Shown: positions 50,041 through 60,800 of the stretch, in pieces | How positions within the stretch are numbered: position 1 is the first letter of the stretch | Layout of the letters: every line of letters starts with the position of its first letter | From: an uncultured cyanobacterium | GTDB taxonomy: Bacteria > Cyanobacteriota > Cyanobacteriia > PCC-9006 > JAAUQQ01 | Direction: 5' to 3' | Assembly: GCA_963718615.1 (NCBI GenBank) | Contig: OY970368.1 | Coordinates: forward strand, 4,096,001-4,160,000 | DNA: 64,000 nt | Notes under the pieces: model-generated | What the model saw: only the letters and a program-made list of their open reading frames with translations | Told to the model about the DNA's origin: nothing | Databases searched by the model: none | Made by a program: the position numbers and the translations under genes

Positions 50041-51072
50041 ATGAAGCAGGTTAAATTCAATACATTTGGTCCACCCTTTGCAGTCGCCTCTTGTGTGGAT
50101 GGAGCTGATGTTGGTGATCCTTCTCCATGGGAGGTCATTGTCAATGTAGAGGTCTTTCCCATTAATGTGGCCGATTTAGCGATGCTGGCTGGAGACTATG
50201 GAACGCTCCCACAACTCCCTGCAAGCATTGGCATGGAAGCGGTTGGGACGGTCTCCCAATGCGGGGATGCCGTTCAAGCTTTAGAGGAGGGCGATCGCGT
50301 TGTCATCTTGGCCAATAATAATTGGGCCGAACGTCGTAAAGTCACGCTCAATGCCGTTCAAAAAGTTCCTAAAGACATTGATGTGGCACAGTTGTCACTC
50401 CTCAAAGTCAACCCAACCACTGCCTACATGCTACTCAATGATTTTGTAGCACTCGAACCAGGTGATTGGATTATTCAATCTGCCCCCTTATCCAGTGTGG
50501 GGCAGTCTGTGCTCCAACTTGCCCAGTCTAGGGGCATCAAAACAGTCAATGTTATCCATCGTCCAGAACTTAAGGAAAGAGTAATGGAGCGAGGGGGTGA
50601 TGTTGTGATGGAGGATGGCCCTGATTTAAGTCAGCGGGTTCAAGCACTCATTGGTCTTGCTCCCATTTCTCTGGCCCTAGATGCAGTGGCAGGACCAGGG
50701 ACCCAGCATCTAGCCGACTGCTTGTCTGATGGGGGGCGGATTATCAATTATGGGATGTTGTCGGGGGAGAGCTGCGTTTTAGCACCGGAACATATTATCT
50801 TTCGGGGTATCTCCTTAGAAGGATTTTGGCTTTCCAAAATTGTTAATCGCATGTCCCATCAAGATCGTAATGATTTATTTGGGCAACTCACCCAACTCAT
50901 TGCGAATCAAAAGCTCAACATCGAAATCGATTCCTACTATCCCATGTCAGACCTCAAGTCCGCTATTCAACGGGCTATGGAGCGGGGTCGTCAAGGAAAA
51001 GTTTTGGTTTACACCAAATTTGCCCCAGACCACATCAAAGCGCAGAAATCCAATCATCCCAAACCAATGTAG
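50041..51072 (+). CDS. MDR-family 2-enoyl thioester reductase (stand-alone ER)
   Basis: PINVADL..LAG.Y, GMEAVG, VNPTTAY, GDWIIQ, LALDAVAG, NYGMLSG, GFWL; no catalytic Zn cysteines. Confidence 0.85.
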   Translation: MKQVKFNTFGPPFAVASCVDGADVGDPSPWEVIVNVEVFPINVADLAMLAGDYGTLPQLPASIGMEAVGTVSQCGDAVQALEEGDRVVILANNNWAERRKVTLNAVQKVPKDIDVAQLSLLKVNPTTAYMLLNDFVALEPGDWIIQSAPLSSVGQSVLQLAQSRGIKTVNVIHRPELKERVMERGGDVVMEDGPDLSQRVQALIGLAPISLALDAVAGPGTQHLADCLSDGGRIINYGMLSGESCVLAPEHIIFRGISLEGFWLSKIVNRMSHQDRNDLFGQLTQLIANQKLNIEIDSYYPMSDLKSAIQRAMERGRQGKVLVYTKFAPDHIKAQKSNHPKPM

Positions 51073-51093
51073 GGGCAAATCGCTGTTCGTCGG

Positions 51094-52242
51094 ATGTCTG
51101 TCAAGCACCGTCTGAACAAAGCTTCTACATCAAGGATGGGGGTCATTGAGTTGTCATCACCCCCTCACGCTCATCGACACAACCCCATATTTATGCAAGC
51201 CCTTCAAAGCATCAAGCCTAAACCTCAGATTTTCAATTGGACTGACGCACCACCCCAGGGAGAAGCGTCAGCCATTGCTCCAGGTCTGTGGTTGCTACCT
51301 GTTCCCTTGGACTCAACCTTAGACCATGTTAATCTCTATGTGTTGGCTGATGCTGATGGCTGGACGTTGGTGGATACAGGGATTAATACCCCCCTCTGTC
51401 GTCAGGCACTGGAATCAGCCTTTAGTCGGGAACCACTGAAGCAATTTCCCATCACGCGTGTAATTTCTACTCACTTTCATCCCGATCACATTGGTCTAGC
51501 AGGCTGGTTGTGCCAGCAAGGAGCAGAACTCTGGACCAGCCGAACCTGCTGGATGCAGACTCGCCTCCTAACAGTCGATGACCGTCCAGGTCCCCTGGAA
51601 CATGAACTTCATTTTGTACGGAAAGCCGGGATGCAGGGGTTGGAGTTTGAAGCCTTTCGTCGTCGCCCCCATAACAATTACCGGCAAACCGTCTTGCCAT
51701 TGCCAGACACTTATCATCGCCTGACAGAGGGAGACCGTCTAACCATTGGCGATCGCACCTGGACTGTTCATCTAGGCTATGGCCATGCCGTTGAACATGT
51801 CACACTTTGGGCTGACGATGGCCATGTGATTACTGGGGATCAAGTGTTGCCTGGAATTTCGTCCAATATCAGCGTTCTTTCCAGTGAACCGGAAGAAGAT
51901 GTCCTCTCTGAATGGATAGAGAGCTGCAAGCGATTTGCTCAACTGGCATCGGATGAAATGCTCTGTTTACCAGGCCATAACCTTCCCTTTTATGGCATAG
52001 GTAAGCGTTGTCATCAATTAATTCATAGTCATCAACTTGCATTAGCTCGGCTTCTCCAGTATTTACAACAACCTCGCACCGTTCTCGATTGTCTAGAGGT
52101 GATTTATCGGCGAAAACTCCGCCCCGACGAACGCAGTCTTTTAATTGCAGAAGCTTTTGGCTATCTCAACCATTTACACAAGAAAAACATGGTGGAAAAA
52201 ACGATCAATTTTGAAGGTGCTTACCTATGGTTTAAGCGTTAA
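51094..52242 (+). CDS. metallo-beta-lactamase-fold hydrolase
   Basis: LDHVNLY, LVDTG, THFHPDHIG, GHA, GDQVLP, LPGH; start may be 51193. Confidence 0.88.
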   Translation: MSVKHRLNKASTSRMGVIELSSPPHAHRHNPIFMQALQSIKPKPQIFNWTDAPPQGEASAIAPGLWLLPVPLDSTLDHVNLYVLADADGWTLVDTGINTPLCRQALESAFSREPLKQFPITRVISTHFHPDHIGLAGWLCQQGAELWTSRTCWMQTRLLTVDDRPGPLEHELHFVRKAGMQGLEFEAFRRRPHNNYRQTVLPLPDTYHRLTEGDRLTIGDRTWTVHLGYGHAVEHVTLWADDGHVITGDQVLPGISSNISVLSSEPEEDVLSEWIESCKRFAQLASDEMLCLPGHNLPFYGIGKRCHQLIHSHQLALARLLQYLQQPRTVLDCLEVIYRRKLRPDERSLLIAEAFGYLNHLHKKNMVEKTINFEGAYLWFKR

Positions 52243-52286
52243 GGTCAACACTACTCATTTTCTCTAGATTTTTAGCATTAAAATTC

Positions 52287-53912
52287 ATGAACACAACCAT
52301 TTCTTCAGACCAATACGATGTCATTGTGATCGGCTCAGGCATTGGGGGATTAACGGTTGCAGCGATACTCGCTAAGCTAGGCCGAAAGAAAGTTTTAGTG
52401 CTAGAACAACATTTTATGCCTGGGGGATGTACCCATGCCTTTCAGCGCAAGGGTGGTTACCAGTGGGATGTGGGGCTGCACTATGTAGGGGAAATGAATC
52501 CAGGTAGCTTTGGAAGATCTGTTTTTAACTATATATCAGAAGGGCGACTGGATTGGCAAAAAATATCCGATCCCTTTGAAAGATTTGTGTATCCAGATTT
52601 TAGTTTTGATGTTTCTTCTGATCCTCATCAATACTTAAACGATTTAATCCAATCCTATCCCTTAGAGGAACAAGCAATTCGTCAGTACTTCAAAGACGTA
52701 AAGCGTGCTTCATTTTGGGTTGTATTACATAATATGATCGAAGTCTTACCCTCCTTTTCTCAAGCCCTAATTAGGCAACTATTTCAGAAATTTGGAACTT
52801 TGGTTCTAGAATCAACTGATCGCTATTTAGATCGAAACTTTAAGGACAAAACGCTCAAGGCACTTTTGACGTCCCAATGGGGAGACTATGGACTAACACC
52901 ATCCCAAAGTTGTTTTGGCATTCACAGTACGATTGTGAGTCATTATTTGAATGGAGCTTGGTATCCTGTGGGAGGAGGAGCAGCGATCGCCCAGTCGATC
53001 ATTCCTACCATCGAAAAAGCAGGGGGCAGAGTCCTCACCCAACAACAAGCCACAGAAATCCTGATTGAGTCCAGCATTGCCCAAGGTGTGGAAGTCCAAA
53101 AAACAGCATCTTCAAAGGGGAAAAAGACCATCTACCGGGCACCCATTATCGTCTCTGGCGCAGGGCTCTACAACACCTACGACAAACTTATTCCTAAACA
53201 CCATAAGATTCCAGAGCGAGAGCATGTACAACCATCTAATAAAGGATCATGTATTGTGACGCTTTATCTAGGCTTAAAGGAAAATCCTCAGTTGTTGGGA
53301 TTTCAAGGTGAAAACATCTGGTTATACACCTCCTACGATCATGAAATCAAAGATGCCTTTTCATTAATTAACCAGACACCAGAGGATGAACTATCTAATA
53401 TATTCTCATCCTGCTATATTACATTCCCTTCCCTCAAGGATCCACTCGCCCAAAAACATACCGCAGAGATTATCATTGGTGGAGAGTATGATGATTTTTC
53501 TTCATGGGAAGATAAGCATTGGAGAAAACGAGGCCAAGACTATGAACAATTCAAGTCCAAAATCTCCAAGGCACTCATCCAGTTTGTCGAAAAACACTTT
53601 CCCGGTTTTCAGGACATGATTGAATATCAAGAGCTCGCAACACCCTTGACTTACAAGCATTTCATTGACAACCAAAAGGGTGAAATTTATGGTCTTCCTT
53701 ACACATCGCATCGTTTTAGGAATAGACTGGCTCAGGCTAAGACCCCCATTCAGAACCTATATTTAACAGGAGGAGATGCCTTTACATCAGGCATTCTAGG
53801 GGCAGTGTTTGGCGGTGTTAAAACAACTAGTCTAGCTTATGGAATTTTAGGATTTCCTAGAATTGCGCTCGCCATTTTTTTGTCGAATGTTTACAAAGCA
53901 TCCCAAAAGTAA
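52287..53912 (+). CDS. FAD-dependent oxidoreductase, phytoene dehydrogenase / all-trans-retinol saturase-like
   Basis: IGSGIGG, EQH..PGGCTH.F, WDVGLHY, YPVGGG..IA, ATPLT, GEIYGL, NLYLTG.D. Confidence 0.85.
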   Translation: MNTTISSDQYDVIVIGSGIGGLTVAAILAKLGRKKVLVLEQHFMPGGCTHAFQRKGGYQWDVGLHYVGEMNPGSFGRSVFNYISEGRLDWQKISDPFERFVYPDFSFDVSSDPHQYLNDLIQSYPLEEQAIRQYFKDVKRASFWVVLHNMIEVLPSFSQALIRQLFQKFGTLVLESTDRYLDRNFKDKTLKALLTSQWGDYGLTPSQSCFGIHSTIVSHYLNGAWYPVGGGAAIAQSIIPTIEKAGGRVLTQQQATEILIESSIAQGVEVQKTASSKGKKTIYRAPIIVSGAGLYNTYDKLIPKHHKIPEREHVQPSNKGSCIVTLYLGLKENPQLLGFQGENIWLYTSYDHEIKDAFSLINQTPEDELSNIFSSCYITFPSLKDPLAQKHTAEIIIGGEYDDFSSWEDKHWRKRGQDYEQFKSKISKALIQFVEKHFPGFQDMIEYQELATPLTYKHFIDNQKGEIYGLPYTSHRFRNRLAQAKTPIQNLYLTGGDAFTSGILGAVFGGVKTTSLAYGILGFPRIALAIFLSNVYKASQK

Positions 53913-54229
53913 CTTAAATGAAACATACGCTGAATTTTTGTTGACAACAATAGCACCTGAATGAGCACACATTAAGCAACAGAGATATTCCCGATTTTTC
54001 AGATATTTTCTGTAGATCTTAATAAGTTGGACAGAGCAGAATATGAATAGCTAAATTGACATCAATTCAGTAGATCTCTTAATCTATTAGGCCTACTGAC
54101 TGACTTAGATCTATTGATTTCGTAGATCGAATGTCAAATCATTCTATTCAGTTCATATCAATTGTCTGAACAAGTGAAGCATTCCCGAGTGAGATATTAC
54201 CATTTTAGACATTGAACTTGAGATTAGCC

Positions 54230-54694
54230 ATGAGTAATTACTGGATGAACAAACTTGCCCTAGGGGCTAGCCAATGGTTTGCGGTGGGTGCACTAGCCCT
54301 ACTTTCTGGCTTGCCAACTGCATATGCTGCAGAAGTCAAGGTGAATGTAGCAACCGATGCCAGCGCAAAGGGGCGAGTGGGATGTGCCCTCTTTAAGGGA
54401 GATGGCGGGTTTCCGATGGACCTATCCGATGCGGTTCAGATGTGGCAGAAGCCGCTCAATGGCACGGCATCTTGTGTGTTTAGTGAACTCACTGGAGGTT
54501 CCTATGCGGTGGCGGTATTCCAGGATCTAAACAATAACAATATTGTCGATCGTAACTTTTTCGGGATTCCCCAGGAACCCTGGGCCGTATCAAACAATAT
54601 CCGTCACCGCTTTCGAGAGCCAAACTTTTCCGAAAGTCAGTTCAATTTAAGCAAGGGACAGTCAATCACGTTAAATCTGACTGTTAAAAGGTAG
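54230..54694 (+). CDS. DUF2141 family secreted protein
   Basis: Signal peptide; G.V.CALF, GSYAVAVFQDLNNN...DRNFFGIPQEPWAVSNN. Confidence 0.85.
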   Translation: MSNYWMNKLALGASQWFAVGALALLSGLPTAYAAEVKVNVATDASAKGRVGCALFKGDGGFPMDLSDAVQMWQKPLNGTASCVFSELTGGSYAVAVFQDLNNNNIVDRNFFGIPQEPWAVSNNIRHRFREPNFSESQFNLSKGQSITLNLTVKR

Positions 54695-54718
54695 AAATTA
54701 GTTTCTCCATAGTCCCTA

Positions 54719-54770
54719 TTCGTCCGGCCTAAAGAAATCCGTTTTAGGATATTTCAGAAGGCCGGACGAA
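54719..54770. terminator. long hairpin after the DUF2141 gene
   Basis: ttcgtccggcct...aggccggacgaa 12-bp outer stem plus inner gaaat/atttc pairing. Confidence 0.5.
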
Positions 54771-54890
54771 CGATCATAATCCAATAAGCTTCTCTTCGGA
54801 GCTAACCTTTAGCCTACGAATAACTCGGACTTCAGGTCCAAGCCTCCATGAGGATATATCAGAAAACTATAGAATTAGACAGACATCTTT

Positions 54891-54921
54891 AAAAAAGATG
54901 ACCTGTTAAAGGTCATCTTTT
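54891..54921. terminator. bidirectional terminator-like hairpin between convergent genes
   Basis: aaaaaagatgacct-gttaa-aggtcatctttt. Confidence 0.55.
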
Positions 54922-55015
54922 AATGGTTCATCTTTTGGGTATTGAAATAAGCCATTTTTGCACAGTTTATTTCAAACAACTAGGTCAAAGATTTTAGATT
55001 AAATGTCACAGCTAT

Positions 55016-55699
55016 CTACTGAGGTGTCTTGTCAACTTCCCAAATACAGGCAGCATCATCCATTGCTCGACAGGAAACTTGTTCAACGCTAAACTCTTTT
55101 CCTGTCAACCAGTTTAAAGACTCCTGTAAAGTACCACTCCAAAGCCAGCATATCGGATGATTGGCAGTCTTTCCGGCACAGCAAGCACAGCCTTCATCGA
55201 TATAAGCCCATTTACTACCACGATCTTCCAACCGTAATCCTGTAGAGTATCCTCCCGTGGCATAGACTTTCTCTACATCTGACTTGATTGAATCGAGGAC
55301 TGTCTTAATTTGTACTGATATCGGTAGCAGACGTATAGCTCTACGTGCCGCAAAGTTCATTAGCTTGCCTTGATTTTTAAGGGCGGGCTGAGCTGAGCTA
55401 CGTCCAATTTTAATCATCATCTCCTTTCCTTCAATGCCGTATCGACTGATCATCGAGGTAGAGAGATTCGCATAATCATTCAGATTCATGCTTTTAGAAA
55501 GCTGAAGAACTTCTTCAGGATAATGGTCAATGAGATGTTGCAATTGACTCGCAGATAAGATTTCCGCGAGTGCCTCCTGACCCAGCACCTCCTGAGCTGC
55601 ATTCAGAACCCATCGCATATAGGCGTCAGCAATGGGAATTTCACCGACCGGATCAGCATATTGTTTTACTTCTATCTTTAGCATCGTCTCATTTTTCAT
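55016..55699 (-). CDS. stand-alone V4R (4-vinyl reductase-like) domain protein
   Basis: C-terminal CACC...HPICWLWSG.L...W.TG....VEQVSCRAMDDAAC.W.V cysteine pattern. Confidence 0.78.
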   Translation of the reverse strand: MKNETMLKIEVKQYADPVGEIPIADAYMRWVLNAAQEVLGQEALAEILSASQLQHLIDHYPEEVLQLSKSMNLNDYANLSTSMISRYGIEGKEMMIKIGRSSAQPALKNQGKLMNFAARRAIRLLPISVQIKTVLDSIKSDVEKVYATGGYSTGLRLEDRGSKWAYIDEGCACCAGKTANHPICWLWSGTLQESLNWLTGKEFSVEQVSCRAMDDAACIWEVDKTPQ

Positions 55700-56270
55700 G
55701 ACACTTAAATCTCATTAACTTCTTGCAGATCGCTCCCTGCTTCATGATAGCGGATTGATTAAACGTTGACTAAATTTTTGAATTTTTAGATCTCTTCTTA
55801 TACTAAAAATTAGCTCGGGCTTAATAAGCAAGTACTCGACTGAAACTAACCTATCAAGTTCTCCAGTAAAAGTTGAAAATTAGGATTCAAAATTTTAGAG
55901 GGTACAGGCCAAACAGCTTCTAACAGGAGGGTTTAACTGATCGATCTAAAACACCACCTCCACTAAGTTTAGTTCTTTTAGGCTCAATCGAGACATAGAT
56001 TTGATAGATCAAACTGGTAGCAAGCAAACAAAAAACAACCGATCTAGATACAAAATCAAACAACAAAAACATCACTTAAGCGTGAAGCTAATAAGACGAA
56101 ATTACAATCTGGATTATCCCGTCTATAATCTAGAGATATTGACTTTCAATAACGTTGTTGAGGCCCTGCATTCAGGGAAGGTCAGGTGTTTTGAATCTGA
56201 ACTTCTGAGTCTAGCTTTCCTGGCTAAGATTTCGGAGGTTTGGGCGTGAGTTCTGCGAGGTGAAAATGTC

Positions 56271-57719
56271 ATGAATGGCCAGCAGTTTGATTGGTTTAAC
56301 TCCCATACGTCGGCGTTTAGCTCGCGAACGAAAGCAATGATGCCTTCAAAGTCGACGGCTGGAGCATCCGCTTCGTCACGACAAACTAAGGCTCTAAGTC
56401 GTAGGCAATTGAAAATGTGGGCTATTTCTCTCATCGCCATAGTAGGCTACACCGGAGGTTATCTCGTGGCTCGACCTGCTTTTACTGCTGCTAGCTCCGA
56501 AGTTCAACCCACTGAAGGGCAGACCAAAAGGATTGGTATCCGTGACCGCCCCCTGCCGGTCGAAGTGATTGAACTCATCCCAGTTAACAGCTATACGATT
56601 CAGCGAGAGTATACTGGGGAAGTGAAGGCGGCCCGAGCGAGTAATCTAGGATTTGAGCTTTCCGGCAAGCTGATTGCTTTGAGGGTCCAGACTGGGGACA
56701 CTGTGGCGGCAGGGCAAGTGATAGCACAACTCGATACCCAAAACCTGGAAGCGCAGAGGGGTTTGCTGTTAGCGCAAAGGGATCAGGCGATCGCAGTCTT
56801 ACAGGAGTTACAAAATGGACCTCGGCAAGAGGCCATTGCAGCAGCGCGCTCTAACGTGAATGACTTTGAAAATCAGCTAGTTTTACAACGGACCAAGCAA
56901 TTGCGCCGAGAGTATCTCTATGAAGAGGGCGTGATTGCCCAAGAATCTCTTGACGAAGCGGTCTTAGGTGCCGAAGCCCTTAGCGATCGCCTCGCGGCGG
57001 CTCGCAGTCAGCTCCAGGAATTGCAAACCGGTACGCGTCCGGAACAGGTAGCTGCACAGCAAGCCGTCATTTCACAAATTGATGCTCAAATCGCAGACCT
57101 AGAGATCACGATCGCCAAAGGAACGATTCGAGCCCCCTACAACGGCAGAATTGGCGATCGCCTCGTCGACGAAGGGACAGTCCTCAATCCTGGCCAAGCG
57201 GTCGTGCGCCTCGTTGAAGGAGCCAGTCCAGAAGTAGAAATTGGTATCCCTGAGGATGGAGCAATGAGTTTAATCCCCGGTAGCTCGGCAACGGTTGAAA
57301 TTGGTGGACAAACCTACCGGGCAAGGATCATGGCACTGAAACCCGAAATCGATACCGCCACAAGGACGCGTCCACTGGTGTTGCAATTGGAAGCAACGGC
57401 CTTGCAGACTGTGGCTCCACAACAAATTGCACGGCTGCGATTGGAGCAGGGAGTAGCAACTGAGGGATATTGGGTGCCCGTGACGGCGCTGGTCAAGGGG
57501 GATAGCGGTTTGTGGGCTACCTACGCAGTGGTGGGTGCAAAAAATAGTAAAGAAAGTTCAAATGTCGGCATTGTAGAGCGTCGAGATGTTGAGGTGCTTT
57601 ATACGGAGAATGAGCGGGTCTTAGTCAGAGGAACCTTAGAAGCGGGCGATCGCATCATTGAATCGGGTGTCCAGCGCATTGTTCCCGGTCAAAGCGTTCT
57701 GGTCCAGTCCGATTCCTAG
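56271..57719 (+). CDS. RND efflux periplasmic adaptor subunit
   Basis: TM anchor, LGFELSG..V..GD.V..GQVIAQLD, coiled coil, IRAPYNG, VPVTALV. Confidence 0.92.
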   Translation: MNGQQFDWFNSHTSAFSSRTKAMMPSKSTAGASASSRQTKALSRRQLKMWAISLIAIVGYTGGYLVARPAFTAASSEVQPTEGQTKRIGIRDRPLPVEVIELIPVNSYTIQREYTGEVKAARASNLGFELSGKLIALRVQTGDTVAAGQVIAQLDTQNLEAQRGLLLAQRDQAIAVLQELQNGPRQEAIAAARSNVNDFENQLVLQRTKQLRREYLYEEGVIAQESLDEAVLGAEALSDRLAAARSQLQELQTGTRPEQVAAQQAVISQIDAQIADLEITIAKGTIRAPYNGRIGDRLVDEGTVLNPGQAVVRLVEGASPEVEIGIPEDGAMSLIPGSSATVEIGGQTYRARIMALKPEIDTATRTRPLVLQLEATALQTVAPQQIARLRLEQGVATEGYWVPVTALVKGDSGLWATYAVVGAKNSKESSNVGIVERRDVEVLYTENERVLVRGTLEAGDRIIESGVQRIVPGQSVLVQSDS

Positions 57720-57839
57720 CTCGTCTTCCTAGCTCGTTGCCCGGTTGGCGACATGGGGGTAGAGGTCAGGTGTGTCCCATGCAACATCAGATTTATAGGT
57801 CACTCACTGTTTGGACACCCAGTGTCTGGAGCTTAGGCT

Positions 57840-60800
57840 ATGCTCACACTGCTCTATCGAAATTTTCGACTTCTGATTCTCTGTCTTATTCTAATTTCCC
57901 TTTGGGGCTATGCTTCGTTTCAGCAATTGCCCCGCCTAGAAGATCCAGAACTCACCCCACGCGCGGCGATTGTACAAACCTTCTTCCCTGGAGCCAGTGC
58001 CGATCGTGTTGAATCTCTGGTCACCGAAAAAATTGAAACAGAAATTGCCACGGTCAAGGAAGTCATGACCTACGAGTCCACTTCGCGATCGGGCGTATCT
58101 ACCATTATTGTTGAGTTGCAAGACGCGATTGGCCCTCAGGAGGTCGATACTATCTGGGCGAAGGTGCGGGACAAACTTCGCAATGCTGAACCCCTACTCC
58201 CCCCTGGGGCGACGGAACCAGAACTGGATGAAATTGAAGTTCGCGCCTACGCCCTCCTGGTGGGATTAACCTGGGAACAAAATGACCCACCCAATTATGC
58301 GATCCTACAAAGACGGGCACAGGTATTGGAAGATTCTCTGCGATCGCTTCCAGGCACTGAGTTCGTCGATACCTTTGGGGCACCGGATGAAGAAATCGCC
58401 GTAGAACTTGCCCCCCAGCAGCTTGCCGCCCTTGGCCTAACCACCCAGCAAATTGCCCAGCAAATTCAGCAGAGCGATTCCAAAGGATCGGCAGGGCAAT
58501 TGCGGGGTAACAGTGAATTAGTTCTGGAAGTGGCCGGAGAACTAGACTCTCTGGAGCGGATTCGACGGATTCCACTGCAATCGGGTGTTGGTAATACCAC
58601 AGGAAAATTTGCCTGGTTGGGAGATGTGGCCCAAGTTCGTAAGGGAATTGTGGAACCCCCTTCGGCCTTGGCTCAAGTCAGCGATCGCCCTGCCGTAGTT
58701 ATTGGTGTTTATGTCAAATCCGATTTTCGCTTGGATCAATGGACCATTGCCGCCCATAAAACCCTCAATCAGTTCCGGAAACAACTACCTAGCGGCATTG
58801 GCCTGACAGTTCTCCTGGAGCAAAATCGCTACGTCAGCGCTCGGCTCAACCAACTCTTCTCCGGCCTGATTCAAGGAGCAGGACTCCTTTTCCTCGTCAC
58901 CCTCGTGATGATGGGTTTTCAAGCGTCCCTCGTGATTCAATTCTCCCTGGTGCTCTGTGTGCTGGTTGTTTTTGGCCTCATGGTTCTCCTGGGTATGCCG
59001 CTGCACCAAATGTCAGTGATGGGATTGATTGTGTCCTTGGGGATGCTCATCGACAACGCAATTATCGTAGCGGACGATATTCACGGTCGCTTACACCAGG
59101 GACAACGGATCTCTATTGCCATCCGTGACACTGTCGTTTATCTGACTTCACCCCTCACCGCTGGCACCCTCACGACGGTCTTTTCCTTCATGCCCATTGC
59201 CCTGCTGAAAGGCAATATTGGCGAGTTCATGGGGTCCCTGGGCGTGAATGTGGTTTTGGCGGTGCTGACGTCCTTGGTTGTGGCCTTGGTCTTTACGCCA
59301 GTTTTAATGGGCTATTTGTATAACCATTGGCATCAAATCTGGGGAGTTAAATCCTTGGGTCGATGGGGCAACCAGGGCTTTTCTAATGAGAAATTACTAC
59401 GGTGGTACACGGGCACCTTACGTGGGTCATTGGCCCGTCCGCTGTTGAGTGTGTTTCTCTCACTGCTGCTTCCCCTATCTGGCTTTTTGGCAGTGGCCAC
59501 CTTGGATCTACAGTTTTTTCCTGCTGCCGATCGGGATCTAATGCAGATTCAAATTGAGTTGCCGACAACGGGAGCGATCGCCCAAACTCAAGCAACAGTA
59601 CGTGCCGTGCGAGCGCAGCTTCTCAAGCATCCTGAAGTTCAGGATCTTCATTGGTTCATTGGTGAAAGTAGCCCCCGCATCTACTACAACCAAATGAATA
59701 TTCGCGCAGGAGAAGCCAGCTATGCTGGCGGTATTTTGCAGCTCTCTCAAATTGTATCGAATGACTGGATTCTCGAAACTCAGCACGAATTAGACGCAGC
59801 TTTTCCCAGCTCCCGCATTCTCTTACGTGGGTTTGAGCAAGGTCCACCCTTTGATGCCCCCATTGAATTGCGCATTTATGGACCTGACTTAGATGTCTTG
59901 CAAACTCTGGGAGATGAAGCCCGCGCTTTGCTATCACAACTGCCAGAGGTGACCCATACACGCGCACTCTTAGGCGAAAGCCTACCGCAACTTTCCATAC
60001 AGGTTGATGAAGCGGCTGCTCGCAGCCGAGGACTCAGTCAAGCGGAGATTGCCCAACAGCTCAATACCACGCTGGAAGGAGTGACTGGCGGCTCTGTTCT
60101 GGAAGGCAACGAGGAACTGCCCGTGCGAGTCCGTTTATCCAATGCCGATCGCGCTAGTCTTGACCAGATCGCCAGCCTCAATTTGCTGGTAGCCGCTCCG
60201 TCTATCGGCAATCAACTCAACACGACCCCTCTCAATGCATTAGGCCGTTTAAGTTTAGAACCCAAGCGTTCAGCGATTACCCGCCGCAAGGGTATCCGAA
60301 TCAACACAGTACAAGGATTTTTACAAGCCGGAGCACTCCCGGCCTCTGCGCTGAAAGAGTTTCAGCAGTTGCTCAACCAATCCCTTGTCGTTCCTCCAGG
60401 CTACAATCTGTCCTTTGGGGGGGAAGCGGAAGAACGGGGTGCGGCAGTAGGCGGTTTGTTGGCGAGTATTGCAGTGCTAGTGGTGCTGATGGAGGCGACC
60501 TTGGTGTTGTCTCTCGGCTCGTTCCGGCTCTCTCTTGTGATTTGGGGCATCGCTGCTCTGTCCGCTGGCCTTGGCTTTCTATCCTTGTGGATCTTTGGCT
60601 TCCCCTTAGGTTTTAATCCGCTGATTGGCATTATTGGTCTGATTGGGGTATCGGTCAATGATTCGATTACGGTGTTGACCGCGCTGAAGTCAGATCCCTT
60701 AGCTAGTCAGGGCGATCATCACGCAATCCAGCAAGTGGTCATCCATTGTACACGCCATGTGCTGACAACAACTCTCACAACTGTAGTTGGATTTACACCC

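Noticed and set aside
52287-53912. Carotenoid crtI/crtH
   Set aside because: WDVGLHY and GEIYGL motifs fit the RetSat-like branch better; no carotenoid genes adjacent
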